A stretch of 64,000 bases of DNA. Source: Deltaproteobacteria bacterium (lineage in GTDB: Bacteria; Bdellovibrionota; FAC87; UBA2466). Positions 36,901 through 43,428 of the stretch are shown here, one piece after another. The notes beneath the pieces were generated by a model, which worked only from the letters and a program-made list of their open reading frames with translations, had not been told where the DNA came from and did no database searches. The stretch covers positions 70 through 64,069 of the forward strand of contig JACPWY010000055.1 of assembly GCA_016196825.1 (NCBI GenBank). The letters are read 5' to 3'. The translations under genes and the position numbers were made by a program. Position 1 is the first letter of the stretch. Each line of letters opens with the position of its first letter.

Positions 36901-39474
36901 GGGATTGCGTTGGCGCCGTCGGGCACCTGCCTCGTTCAGATCGCGTTCACCCCTTTGAGTGGAACCACGAGCTCCTGGCAGCAAAACTTGATCGTGAGCG
37001 GTCAGGCCGGTTCCACGCCCGTGAGCGTTTCGGTCCCGATCAGCGGCAACACCACCTCGGTCGGAGCTCTGAGATTTTCTCCCGCCTCGGTCGCCTTCCC
37101 GGCGACCGCGCTCAATTCGTTCGCGACCATGAACGTCTCCCTTTCCAACACCGGGGGAACGGCGATCACCTTGGGTGCTCTTCCGACGCTCACCCCTCCC
37201 TATTCGGTGAATGCAGCCAACTGCTCCGGAATCACACTTCTGCCCGGCTCAAACTGCACGCTCATCATTACGTTCACGCCGGTGAGCGGAGCGACGAATT
37301 TCAATCAGACTCTCACGGTGGCAGGCACCTCCGGGGGTGTTCCGCTTTCCGCCTCGCTCCCGGTGAGTGGATCAACATTATCCTCCGGTGTTCTCACACC
37401 GTCGGCCAGTACGTACAACTTTGGTTCACTCCTGGCGGGACAGACCCGCACCTCCACGATCACTTGGACAAATACGGGAGGCGCCTCGCTCACAGCCACT
37501 TCGGCATCAGGTCTCTCCAGTCCCTTCACCCTCACCGCCAACAACTGCCTGAACGTGACACTGCAGGCGGGGATGAGCTGCTCGACCACGGTCACGTTCA
37601 CATCGCCCGGCGGGGCCGACATGGCGTGGAGCCAAGTTCTTAGACTCGCGTACGCGACGGCGGGAACCTCCGCCACATCGTCAGTTACTTACATTGCCGC
37701 GGCGTCCGCTACTCCCGGGACATTCACCCCAAGCCCGACAAGCTATAACTTTGGCACGATTAGCTCCGGCACATCGAGGAGCGTAAACATCACGTGGACT
37801 AACACCGGTGGCGCCACATCTCAGGCCCTCTCCTTCACGGGCTACTCGGCGCCCATCACGCTGACTTCAGACGGGTGCACGGGAAGGGCGCTCGCGGTCG
37901 GCGGCTCCTGCACCACGATGTTTACATTCAGCCCCACAACCGGGGGCCCGAGCTTCACCCGCACGGTGATCGCGCAATATACAACCAACGGGGCGGTTTT
38001 ATCGTCGAGCATTACCCTGGCAGGATCCATCGCTGCTCTTCCCGGCACGCTCACCGCAAGCCCGACAAGTTACAACTTTGGAAGTTTGCCCCCAGGAGGC
38101 ACCGGCTCCTCGACGGTGACCTGGACCAACACGGGCGGGTCGAGCCTCACTATCGCACCTGCGACAGGCATTTCGAGTCCGTTCACTCTGACTTCCAATT
38201 CATGCTCGGCTGCCACTCTTCTTCCAGGAGCGAGGTGCAGCACAACGGTCATATTCACGGCGCCTTTCGGGACGACCACCTCGTGGAACCAGATTCTAAG
38301 GCTCTCCTACTCGACGAACGGAGCTTCCGCGTCCACTTCGGTGGCATACTACGCCGCCACTACCGCCCCGCCGGGGACGCTCACGCCCAACACAGCCTCC
38401 TACAATTTCGGGTCGGTCAGCGTCGGCTCCGCCGTCCGCCAATGTTTCACCGAGACAAATACTGGTGGGGCCGCCATTACACTGCCGGCCGTTCCACGCA
38501 CGCTCTCCATCGCCGGCGGCTTCAATATTGTCGTCGACTCCTGCATCGGATCATCCCTGCAACCGAGCCAATCGTGTCAGGTGTGTCTCTCCTTTGCGCC
38601 GACAATCGCGGGCACCATGACCGCAACCTTCTCAGAAACTTTCACAAATACCGATGGCACCAACACGCGATCGGGCGGCACTATTAAGCTGATGGGAAAC
38701 GGCGTGGCACCCTCACCCTCCCCCACTCCCACCTATGGCTTCCTCCGCATCACTCCGACCCAATACAATTTTCCGGCCACCGCCGTGAATTATTCCAAGC
38801 TCCAAGTGTTCACTGTCACCAACACGGGCTCTGGCCCTGCCACCATCAACAATGTCCAGTACGGGGAGAATCCGGGGTGGCCGCAAAAGGCAATCGTCTA
38901 TAGCACCAACTGCTGTTCTGGTCTCAACACAACCACCGGGGCATGCACCCCCACAAACCTCAACCCTTACAGCTCTTGCACCGTCTCCCTCAATTTCTTG
39001 CCCAATATCTACATGATTCTGTCCAACTATGCCTTCACGGTCACCACGAACCTGATGGGGGTAGGTGGACTCTATAGTGGCCAATCCGTAATGGTCCAGG
39101 GCTCCATGGGGGTACTTTCGAATCCGCCGACCTCGGGAGCCCGGTGGTTCGCCACGTCCGGATCGACGACACTCCATGCTGCCGTGGGCGCTCAATCCGC
39201 CGCCACCACGGTCGTGCTTCAATCATTTTCGACGACGGCCAGAGCACCAACGATACCGGGTGTCGGCCCCGGATTCATGAGTCTCTCCGCCAACTACATC
39301 AATAGCCCGTTTCTGCTCACAAGCTCGTGCCCCATTGGGGGTAGCGTCGGGAGTTGTTACGCGACCGTCCGTTGCACACCTCGGGCCACCGGCTCGGTCA
39401 CTCTCCCGCTGACGGCGACCTTCAGTGACGGCACCCCCACGGCCACCCTCCCCTTCACCTGTGCCTCCCCTTAA
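27931..39474 (+). CDS. giant (3,847 aa) surface lipoprotein with tandem Ig-like and choice-of-anchor-D/HYDIN-like (PapD-like) repeats
   Basis: Single uninterrupted 11,544-nt frame. Purine-rich AAGAAGGGGA (27921-27930) abuts the ATG. Signal peptide plus lipobox ..VVLAALASC (Cys23), then a Ser/Thr/Pro linker and two repeat arrays (listed as separate features). Composition is Ser/Thr/Gly/Ala-rich. Confidence 0.9.
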   Translation: MCVSGKNVRIGLVLVVLAALASCRFNMSDRSPSGVSSVTSPATPSSTTATTAGGDTSLTSVTAGPAVKLAVNGLPPFQAGVCAGPFTITAIDAHGNVATPSNNTELFKLEGTPPNAIFIDVNCTELAPEGSVVSDSSGTRALFYVNGTQAYSKVIAVNGAGVTGTFGIQILSGTPTRLEVTAPAAVSAGDCFAGALSLVDKNGNVATATKRFSAGVLIHGLSNAGVFSDPQCSQPLATLDFSVGTSSQPFHFLTQSPGTGSLAAQAPSGLEGGSANLTVFVENSPQLGLIPPPGQMVAGLCSAFRIVSLDTAGNTLVTHNGLPVTVSSKTSQLVLFSDAACSTPLNPATVTLAAESSTNQFFARSELAHTGQVAVSASGYLSATVAPIVAPAPAVSLSLDSLPDSLTMGGCMTAVVRSKDPFGNVSTVPVGVPILISGSGTAATGTNFYAGGSCTTSATKQFTLGNGSSLAAFSFSPGSPGALTITLTPSGLTGSGGATSTSGTTTIAPSPTVRLSLSSSTSAIIAGLCAKMSLSTIDAAGTVTMAPIDTSVTLSNDQSLQPLFFSDASCSSATSNLIVRSGTSSADFYIQSTKINAIVVSAQGTDSTGKAISTSKGVAIVAAAPSTLSIGSLGSAPSGKLCLGPVAVDTLDQFRNPAIVPKTTSFALESTGAVELQFSSNSTCSDSISSLTIPAGKGEGVFYAKAQSGGAVSFSILGGDLQGSGGTTLSDPPALHLVLAGPSSASATVGTCVAFQVGSVDPTNTPKIFDPNTITVGVTPTTNAVFFSDSSCATGLPNNQVTISPALNPAPFYFKFTTAQSMTISANGSLNSQGAGSQLTLTPANPSQIVLSPMGAGTFSASTCAGPYSAEAQDSFGNSSPVRSTLPFTFQPTGVSASFYSDAACSTSGAAIAAGKTSGLFYMKGAEPGSLTVSVGATSLHSSWRIFTVAADGAVKLTLLGQPVTQASFGSVSQGQTSSLIFTLTNSSTRTAASKIAVTVSSSSFSAALSTAPAGCSTLTDLKLAPGQQCGFGVLFTANSQGAASGSLDYTFSMGGASQSQSVSLSGTGTTPLAAVLTASAQSIDFGMLMAGQTTKQHVTVTNSGTRDASQISLSGVSAPFSASFESGCATLAPGSACDLTLAAAPSTSGSAQQTLVIDYSDGTDHTPNPSTVSLKETSNLPAVLQVSNSSLSFPATVVKGTSGAQTLTVTNMGSLPATEVSYSLSGSAFSLNSSSCPATLDAFTSCALSITFNPTALGSFSDVLSISYTSYAQAKATTVAIVSGDSTSPPHLIFNPALGTFAPTAINKAAPSVSLLLTNSGNGDAQGITLATSAPFSVNSTECSMLNAGQSCFVKVGFTPTAAGSFSSTLTANCSNATLGCAATTASLTGSTLPQSSLTLSATQLSFGLLTIGQTMTETITLSNSGALGNPAIQLSTPQLGGSNSAAALALTHSCGTTLASGSSCTVSVTFSPTNAGTFDNTLDIVWSSGNGLTTSTVGLSASALSAANVTLSPATSNFPDTVVGNTSQAIAVTVSNGGQSSAKDIVISGPTSVFIRSAATCPPEPFALAAGANCTVSYTFTPPGIGKTTHSFGGTFAGTSGATSIGNISFSGTGIATASLVVDETSLNFPPTSVGKSSQASLVFTNTGNGPASQINLANNLASPYFLSGPLCSSLAAGAQCTVTITFTPVAIGTFPSNVQVQYSDGSTLQKTSSISLTGTTGGKVNATPSTVSFSNVVVGQTNHQDVTITNNGAVSLSFLAAGIDPNSSPGFSVNPGACGTLSVGQSCEIVFSLSPNAVSNSLSGSSTVRFSDSVGNVVTAPPIALSGTSVGLAKLTVAPQSLTFSDTVIGTQSATQTLTITNTGVGQATKIAPALPADFLNSGGSCGASPFSLSPNAQCTISLIFKPTAAEDLSQAITGTYSNGVADDIFSFDVRGNGQTPGNLMLSVASLDFGSIALGTTSPLRSVTVSNTGGSAATQITILNLSPPFKNPSSSCGAQPFALAAGSSCELDYAFNPTSAGNSTEKLAVNYSNGVGSGTQRSLNLSGTGMGGSFSALPNPLNFNNTLLGQTGNLSVTVTNTGATNLNFAGAGINTGSGAGYSIANGNCGSLSTGATCSLTYSFTPTAISSSFSGSSTIQFTDNMDNAVSQVLPLSASSSGVGLLSSSKASLSFGDVTVGSSSAAQTFTVTNIGSGPATQISWSGPSPDFVVNYGSCGSNASLAAGAQCTVSLSLKPAAPGTFNQTLTVGYSDGQTTTTANMVTVSGRGLGPANLALSPSSLDFSGIAVGATSPTKLVTITNSGSATASNILLNPTLSGNSFTKVSSTCGNEPFVLAAGTNCQINLAFSPAVAGSASQIYSVSYSDSVSQQSGSTLTLNGTGIEAAVLTTNLSNVVFPYTALGQSSSATVVLTNAGGTDATQIALSPSTLPAHFSYGNSTCDSTLSPGATCSLTLNFIPKVSGTFTASLQITYNNGTPTTPTPPSISLTGTTAGAYSLTTASLDFGAVPVGSSKNLSLTVTNIGAPTITSSTPTMDTGSDAAFRLINSTCSTLASGQNCLITYSFQPTTAMTNAGGASTLAFTNPDNSPLPSTQVRMTASAPGVARITASPSTLAFGPIAVNGSSSPQTLTLTNAGTGPATQLAWSGVTNDFSIAFSTCPNGSALSVGAQCTISVTFRPTSAATFSQSLALSYFDGTANSNLIASTLTGQGVGAGVMALSPLSLDFGSVLVGQTKALNFAITNTGTGPITNVQFSSPVALPFATGSLCSSIQPGASCQLSTAFLPSAAGTFQATGQLSYYDGASAQLSPAFTLSGHTGPAFRFSPTSLSFGNVAYGTTSTAQAITITNTGGTSIKLNTILFDGQNSPQNGFRLVTSNCGTTLSPNGICTLSATFTPAAANSGYSSVWTISFVDAVTSSNPISGSIILSGSGTSPGALSANPASFSYGTVSLGSTANTTIVISNPGGTSTLITGVTALASPFRAVNQCTGIALAPSGTCLVQIAFTPLSGTTSSWQQNLIVSGQAGSTPVSVSVPISGNTTSVGALRFSPASVAFPATALNSFATMNVSLSNTGGTAITLGALPTLTPPYSVNAANCSGITLLPGSNCTLIITFTPVSGATNFNQTLTVAGTSGGVPLSASLPVSGSTLSSGVLTPSASTYNFGSLLAGQTRTSTITWTNTGGASLTATSASGLSSPFTLTANNCLNVTLQAGMSCSTTVTFTSPGGADMAWSQVLRLAYATAGTSATSSVTYIAAASATPGTFTPSPTSYNFGTISSGTSRSVNITWTNTGGATSQALSFTGYSAPITLTSDGCTGRALAVGGSCTTMFTFSPTTGGPSFTRTVIAQYTTNGAVLSSSITLAGSIAALPGTLTASPTSYNFGSLPPGGTGSSTVTWTNTGGSSLTIAPATGISSPFTLTSNSCSAATLLPGARCSTTVIFTAPFGTTTSWNQILRLSYSTNGASASTSVAYYAATTAPPGTLTPNTASYNFGSVSVGSAVRQCFTETNTGGAAITLPAVPRTLSIAGGFNIVVDSCIGSSLQPSQSCQVCLSFAPTIAGTMTATFSETFTNTDGTNTRSGGTIKLMGNGVAPSPSPTPTYGFLRITPTQYNFPATAVNYSKLQVFTVTNTGSGPATINNVQYGENPGWPQKAIVYSTNCCSGLNTTTGACTPTNLNPYSSCTVSLNFLPNIYMILSNYAFTVTTNLMGVGGLYSGQSVMVQGSMGVLSNPPTSGARWFATSGSTTLHAAVGAQSAATTVVLQSFSTTARAPTIPGVGPGFMSLSANYINSPFLLTSSCPIGGSVGSCYATVRCTPRATGSVTLPLTATFSDGTPTATLPFTCASP
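28117..30780 (+). repeat. array of 8 tandem ~105-aa Ig-like modules (in-frame protein repeats)
   Basis: Each module has the G-x-C...D/S-x-x-G-N-(V/T) start: AGVCAGPFTITAIDAHGNV, AGDCFAGALSLVDKNGNV, AGLCSAFRIVSLDTAGNT, GGCMTAVVRSKDPFGNV, AGLCAKMSLSTIDAAGTV, GKLCLGPVAVDTLDQFRNP, GTCVAFQVGSVDPTNTP, STCAGPYSAEAQDSFGNS. Each also has a second Cys in an F-(S/Y)-(S/D)-x-x-C-S motif. Confidence 0.8.
30781..39470 (+). repeat. array of ~25 tandem ~95-105-aa choice-of-anchor-D/HYDIN-like modules (in-frame protein repeats)
   Basis: Recurrent pattern L-x-F-(G/P)-x-(V/T)-x-V-G...(T/S)-(V/I)-T-N-(T/S)-G...(F/Y)...C...L-x-x-G-x-x-C...(F)-x-P...G. I counted 25 'TN.G'-type cores, from FTLTNSS to FTVTNTGSGPA, plus a degenerate terminal copy. 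Confidence 0.8.
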
Positions 39475-39501
39475 GGGCCCTAAATTCTCCACTGTCGGAT
39501 T

Positions 39502-40257
39502 TTATCGGAGTTTTTTCGGATCGATTCCCCAGGCGTCAAGGATGGCCTTCTCATCCTCGGCCGACACGGCCTTCTTGAATTTGGCGCTCGAGCGGCCCTT
39601 CACCCGGCTCTCGCATTCTTTCCAGGTCGAGTGCCGATAGGCGATATCGCCGATAAGACTCAGGTAAGAATAGGCCGCCACCTTCTCGTGTTTGCGTGAT
39701 TTTGAGGCGGCCGGTTTCTCGGTCTCCTCGGGAATGTCGTGCACCGGCACCGTGTATTTCAGAAGCGGGCCATCGAAAAGGCTCGGTCGGCGTTTTTGCG
39801 AGAAGTCCACCGCAATGGCATCAGCGCGGTCGTTGCCCGCAATCCCCGCGTGCCCCTTCACGTAGCGCCAACTCACTTTACCATCCGCTCCACGCGCCCG
39901 AGCCACACTCAAGAGTGCCTGCCACAATTCCCGATTGGCGACATCCTTCCCGTCGACCGTTTTCCACCCTTTTTTCATCCAGCCCCAGATCCACCCTGTC
40001 ATCCCCTGGATCACATACTTGGAATCGGTGTGGATGAAGACCTCCTCGCTTCGATCGCGCACAAACTCCAAAGTCCGAATCGCCGCCGTGAGCTCCATCC
40101 GATTGTTAGTGGTCTCAGGATCTCCGCTCCCAATCTCTCGCACCCGACCCTCGGGGAAAACAATCACAGCCCCCCAGCCCCCCGGCCCCGGATTCCCGGA
40201 GCAAGCCCCGTCACAAAACACAATAATGTTACTTAGAGCGCTCTTAATCTCTTCCAC
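39502..40257 (-). CDS. rnhA: ribonuclease HI with C-terminal hybrid-binding (Cauli_VI-like) domain
   Basis: RNase H core: FCDGACSGNPGPGGWGAV.., NNRMELTAAI, IHTDSKYVI, GHAGIAGNDRADAIA. The C-terminal YSYLSLIGDIAYRHSTWKECESRVKGRSSAKFKKAVSAEDEKAIL aligns by eye to the RNase H1 HBD (FYAV..G...GV...W.EC...V..f..A.fKKF.t..EA..F). Confidence 0.9.
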   Translation of the reverse strand: MEEIKSALSNIIVFCDGACSGNPGPGGWGAVIVFPEGRVREIGSGDPETTNNRMELTAAIRTLEFVRDRSEEVFIHTDSKYVIQGMTGWIWGWMKKGWKTVDGKDVANRELWQALLSVARARGADGKVSWRYVKGHAGIAGNDRADAIAVDFSQKRRPSLFDGPLLKYTVPVHDIPEETEKPAASKSRKHEKVAAYSYLSLIGDIAYRHSTWKECESRVKGRSSAKFKKAVSAEDEKAILDAWGIDPKKLR

Positions 40258-40280
40258 CCGGCGAGCTTACCGGGGACCGA

Positions 40281-40574
40281 TCACTTTCGAAAGGGCGGAA
40301 TCACGAGTGGCTTGGGCTCGAGGGCTGCGGGTTGGTTGGCGCGAACGGACGGCGCCGCGGGTGGAAACTCCAGTATCACGCGAAATGTTTGACCGTTTCG
40401 TCGACAGGTCATCTCGACGGCGTCCCCGGGCCCTACCCCGATGAGCGCGCGCTCCAGATCGAGGCGGTCGCGCACCGCAATGCCTCGCACTTCCTTTTGA
40501 GGAAGTCCGACTGGTCGACGAGTGGCAATTTTTGGAATAAGCTGGATCTCTTTGCGACGCAGCGTAGCAAGCAC
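40281..40574 (-). CDS. hypothetical protein (weak call)
   Basis: 97-aa ORF upstream of and co-oriented with rnhA. Only 16 nt separate it from the divergent mmsA start. I recognise no motif with confidence. Confidence 0.3.
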   Translation of the reverse strand: MLATLRRKEIQLIPKIATRRPVGLPQKEVRGIAVRDRLDLERALIGVGPGDAVEMTCRRNGQTFRVILEFPPAAPSVRANQPAALEPKPLVIPPFRK

Positions 40575-40590
40575 AGTTTTAGGGGGAGTT

Positions 40591-42039
40591 ATGGTCCGAA
40601 ATTACATTGATGGTCGTTGGGTTGATTCGACGGGGCGGGAATCTGTCGACATCATCAACCCCGCCACCGAAGAGGTGCTCGACAAATGTCCACTCGGTAC
40701 AGCCGAGGATGTAAACCGCGCGGTAGCGGCCGCCCAAGCGGCCTTTCCCGCCTGGCGCCAGACGCCGGTCATCGATCGCGTCCAGTATCTTTTCAAACTC
40801 AAAAGCCTGCTCGAGGCCACCTTCGACGAAATCGTCGCCCTCAATACCGCTGAACACGGCAAGACACTGGTCGAATCGCGCGGCGACGTCCGCCGCGGTA
40901 TCCAGATGGTGGAAACTGCCTGCGGCATGCCGAGCCTCATGATGGGCCAATGCTCCGAAGACGTAGCAGCGGGTATCGACTCGATGAGCGTGCGCCAGCC
41001 GATGGGAGTCTTCGCCGCCATCACGCCGTTTAATTTTCCAGCGATGGTTCCCTTTTGGTTTTGGCCATTCGCCATCGCGAGCGGCAACACATTCGTCCTC
41101 AAACCTTCCGAGCGCGTGCCACTCACCCAAGTTAAAATCTTTGGCCTCCTAGAAAAGACCGGCCTACCCAAAGGCGTGATGAATCTGGTCGCGGGCAGCA
41201 AGGATGTGGTCAATGCACTCTGCACTCACCCCGATGTGAAGGGCGTCTCGTTCGTCGGCTCAACTCCGGTCGCGAAACACGTCTACCAAACCGGCACGTC
41301 GCACGGAAAAAGGGTCCAGGCCCTGGGCGGCGCGAAAAATTTCATGGTGATCCTCCCCGACGCCGCGATGGACACCTCCATCAGCACCTGCCTCGAATCG
41401 ATCATCGGCTGCGCCGGGCAGAGGTGCCTCGCAGGCTCCGTGATCATCTCGGTCGGCGATTGCGCCAAGACGGTGAGCGATCGCATCGTACGGCTCGCCA
41501 GCGATGTGCGCATAGGCAACGGCGCCGACCCGCAAACCCACATGGGGCCCGTGATCTCGCGCTCTTCGCTAGAACGGATCCACGGCCTCATCCAATCTGC
41601 GGCCCTTGACGGCGCGCAGATTCTCCTCGATGGCCGGCAGACCGCAGGCCGCGGCTATTTCTTAAAACCCACGGTCATCGCGGGCGTGACTCCCAAGATG
41701 CGCATCGCCCAGGAGGAGATCTTTGGCCCGGTCGTCTGCCTGGCGAACACCGACTCGCTCGCAAGCGCCATCCAGTGGATCAACTCGTCGCCGTTTGCCA
41801 ACACGGCTTCCCTTTTCACCAACTCAGGCGCAGCGGCCCGACAGTTCAGCTACGAGGCGGCCCCGGCCATGTTAGGCCTCAACATTGGGGTCCCGGCCCC
41901 GATGGCCTATTACTCCTTTGGCGGCGCGAAAGATTCCTTTTTTGGTGACGTGAAGGCGCACGGAGCACAGGGCGTGCTCTTCTTCACCGATCAGAAGGTC
42001 ACCATCTCGCGCTGGAAGAAGAACTCAAACATCTGGTGA
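40591..42039 (+). CDS. mmsA: CoA-acylating methylmalonate/malonate-semialdehyde dehydrogenase
   Basis: Track ORF trimmed to ATG 40591 (AGGGGGAG upstream). N-terminus MVRNYIDGRWVDS. Catalytic Cys context GCAGQRCLAGS. C-terminus FFTDQKVTISRW. All are typical of MMSDH. Confidence 0.9.
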   Translation: MVRNYIDGRWVDSTGRESVDIINPATEEVLDKCPLGTAEDVNRAVAAAQAAFPAWRQTPVIDRVQYLFKLKSLLEATFDEIVALNTAEHGKTLVESRGDVRRGIQMVETACGMPSLMMGQCSEDVAAGIDSMSVRQPMGVFAAITPFNFPAMVPFWFWPFAIASGNTFVLKPSERVPLTQVKIFGLLEKTGLPKGVMNLVAGSKDVVNALCTHPDVKGVSFVGSTPVAKHVYQTGTSHGKRVQALGGAKNFMVILPDAAMDTSISTCLESIIGCAGQRCLAGSVIISVGDCAKTVSDRIVRLASDVRIGNGADPQTHMGPVISRSSLERIHGLIQSAALDGAQILLDGRQTAGRGYFLKPTVIAGVTPKMRIAQEEIFGPVVCLANTDSLASAIQWINSSPFANTASLFTNSGAAARQFSYEAAPAMLGLNIGVPAPMAYYSFGGAKDSFFGDVKAHGAQGVLFFTDQKVTISRWKKNSNIW

Positions 42040-42043
42040 GACC

Positions 42044-43426
42044 ATGAAAAAGACCCTCATCAAAAATGGCACGGTCGTGACAGCGACCGACACAGCCGCG
42101 GCCGACATTCTCATCGAAGGGGAAAAGATCGCGGCCATCGGACGCGACCTCTTCCATTCACCCGACACGACGGTCGACGCCACCGGTTGCTACGTCATCC
42201 CGGGCGGCATCGACGCCCACACTCACCTCGATCTCCCCTTCATGGGCACCTCCTCGAGCGACGATTTTGAGACAGGCACCCGCGCGGCCCTCTTTGGCGG
42301 CACGACCTCCATCATCGATTTCGCCTTCCAAACTCAAGGGCGCTCACTCAAAGAGGGGCTCGCCACCTGGCGCGAAAAGGCCGCAGGCCGTGCCATCGCC
42401 GATTATGGATTCCACATCGCCGTCACCGATTTCAATCCGACTGTCCATCAAGAGGTCCGCGACCTAATCGAAAAGGATGGCGTCACCTCCTTTAAGACCT
42501 TCATGGCCTATAAAGGCGCTCTCATGATTGACGATAAGCAGATGATCGGCCTCATGAATGAGGTCAAGAAGTGGGGTGGGCTCGTCACGGTCCACGCCGA
42601 AAATGGTGATCTCGCCGATTCGCTCATTCAGCAAAACTGTGAGGCCAAGAACCTCGCCCCGAAGTTCCACGCCCTTTCACGGCCCGAAATCGTTGAGTCC
42701 GAGGCCACGGGGCGCGCAATTGACATCGCCTACGCCGGAGGCCACCCGCTCTATGTCGTGCACATGACGTGCGAGGGGGCGCTCAACCGAGTGCGCGAGG
42801 CCACCAAGCGCAACCAGACGGTTCTCGTCGAGACCTGCGTGCAGTACCTCCTTCTCGATGATTCCGTCTACGAACGGCCCGGTTTCGAGGGGTCTAAATG
42901 GGTGATGAGCCCTCCGATTCGCAAACCAAAAGATCAGACAGCACTCTGGAACGGGATCGATCAAGGACTCGTCCACACAGTAGCCACCGATCACTGCCCC
43001 TTTTGCCTCGATCAAAAGGCAATGGGGAAGGATGACTTCTCCAAGATCCCCAACGGCGCCCCCGGCATCGAGCACCGGATGGAGCTCATGCACTCCGAGG
43101 GCGTCGTTAAGAACCGGATCACGCTCAACCGTTTCGTCGATCTCAATTGCACAGCGCCTGCGAAGATTTTTGGCCTCTACCCGAAAAAGGGGAGTCTCTC
43201 CGTCGGAAGCGACGCCGACATCGTCATTTTTGATCCCAAGGTGCAGCACACGATTTCCCAAAGCACCCACCACATGCGGTGCGATTACTCGGCCTACGAA
43301 GGCTGGAAGGTCCAGGGCAAGGTCCGCACCGTGTATTTGCGCGGCACCTGCGCCATCGACAAGGGGCAGGTCCTGATTGGCAAGGGCTTTGGACAATACC
43401 TGCCCCGCAAGAAGTTTAAGGAGTAG
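42044..43426 (+). CDS. hydA: dihydropyrimidinase / D-hydantoinase
   Basis: Cyclic amidohydrolase motifs PGGIDAHTHLDLPFMGT, SFKTFMAYKG (carboxylated Lys context), VHAENGD, ATDHCPF. Confidence 0.9.
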   Translation: MKKTLIKNGTVVTATDTAAADILIEGEKIAAIGRDLFHSPDTTVDATGCYVIPGGIDAHTHLDLPFMGTSSSDDFETGTRAALFGGTTSIIDFAFQTQGRSLKEGLATWREKAAGRAIADYGFHIAVTDFNPTVHQEVRDLIEKDGVTSFKTFMAYKGALMIDDKQMIGLMNEVKKWGGLVTVHAENGDLADSLIQQNCEAKNLAPKFHALSRPEIVESEATGRAIDIAYAGGHPLYVVHMTCEGALNRVREATKRNQTVLVETCVQYLLLDDSVYERPGFEGSKWVMSPPIRKPKDQTALWNGIDQGLVHTVATDHCPFCLDQKAMGKDDFSKIPNGAPGIEHRMELMHSEGVVKNRITLNRFVDLNCTAPAKIFGLYPKKGSLSVGSDADIVIFDPKVQHTISQSTHHMRCDYSAYEGWKVQGKVRTVYLRGTCAIDKGQVLIGKGFGQYLPRKKFKE

Positions 43427-43428
43427 AA

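Noticed and set aside
28623-38687. Long alternative-frame and antisense track ORFs inside the giant gene (e.g. 28623-29600 +325 aa, 36894-37643 +249 aa, 37875-38687 +270 aa, 38713-39222 -169 aa)
   Set aside because: Their translations are Arg/His/Pro/Gly-rich low-complexity strings, typical of out-of-frame reading of GC-rich DNA. The whole interval is covered by one uninterrupted frame with clear domain periodicity.
27931-39474. The ~300-nt periodicity as a possible CRISPR array or satellite DNA
   Set aside because: The periodicity exists at the protein-motif level only. Neighbouring units are diverged at the DNA level, there is no repeat-spacer structure, and the frame never breaks.
24199-39474. 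A tRNA-Ser-flanked genomic island containing the giant adhesin locus
   Set aside because: I saw no integrase, recombinase or phage genes, and I did not spot a direct repeat of the tRNA 3' end. I cannot measure composition reliably by eye. It is kept only as a low-interest question.
39475-39501. Palindrome AGGGCCCT between the convergent giant gene and rnhA, as a bidirectional terminator
   Set aside because: An 8-bp palindrome has no loop and no flanking U/A tracts, so it is too short to call.
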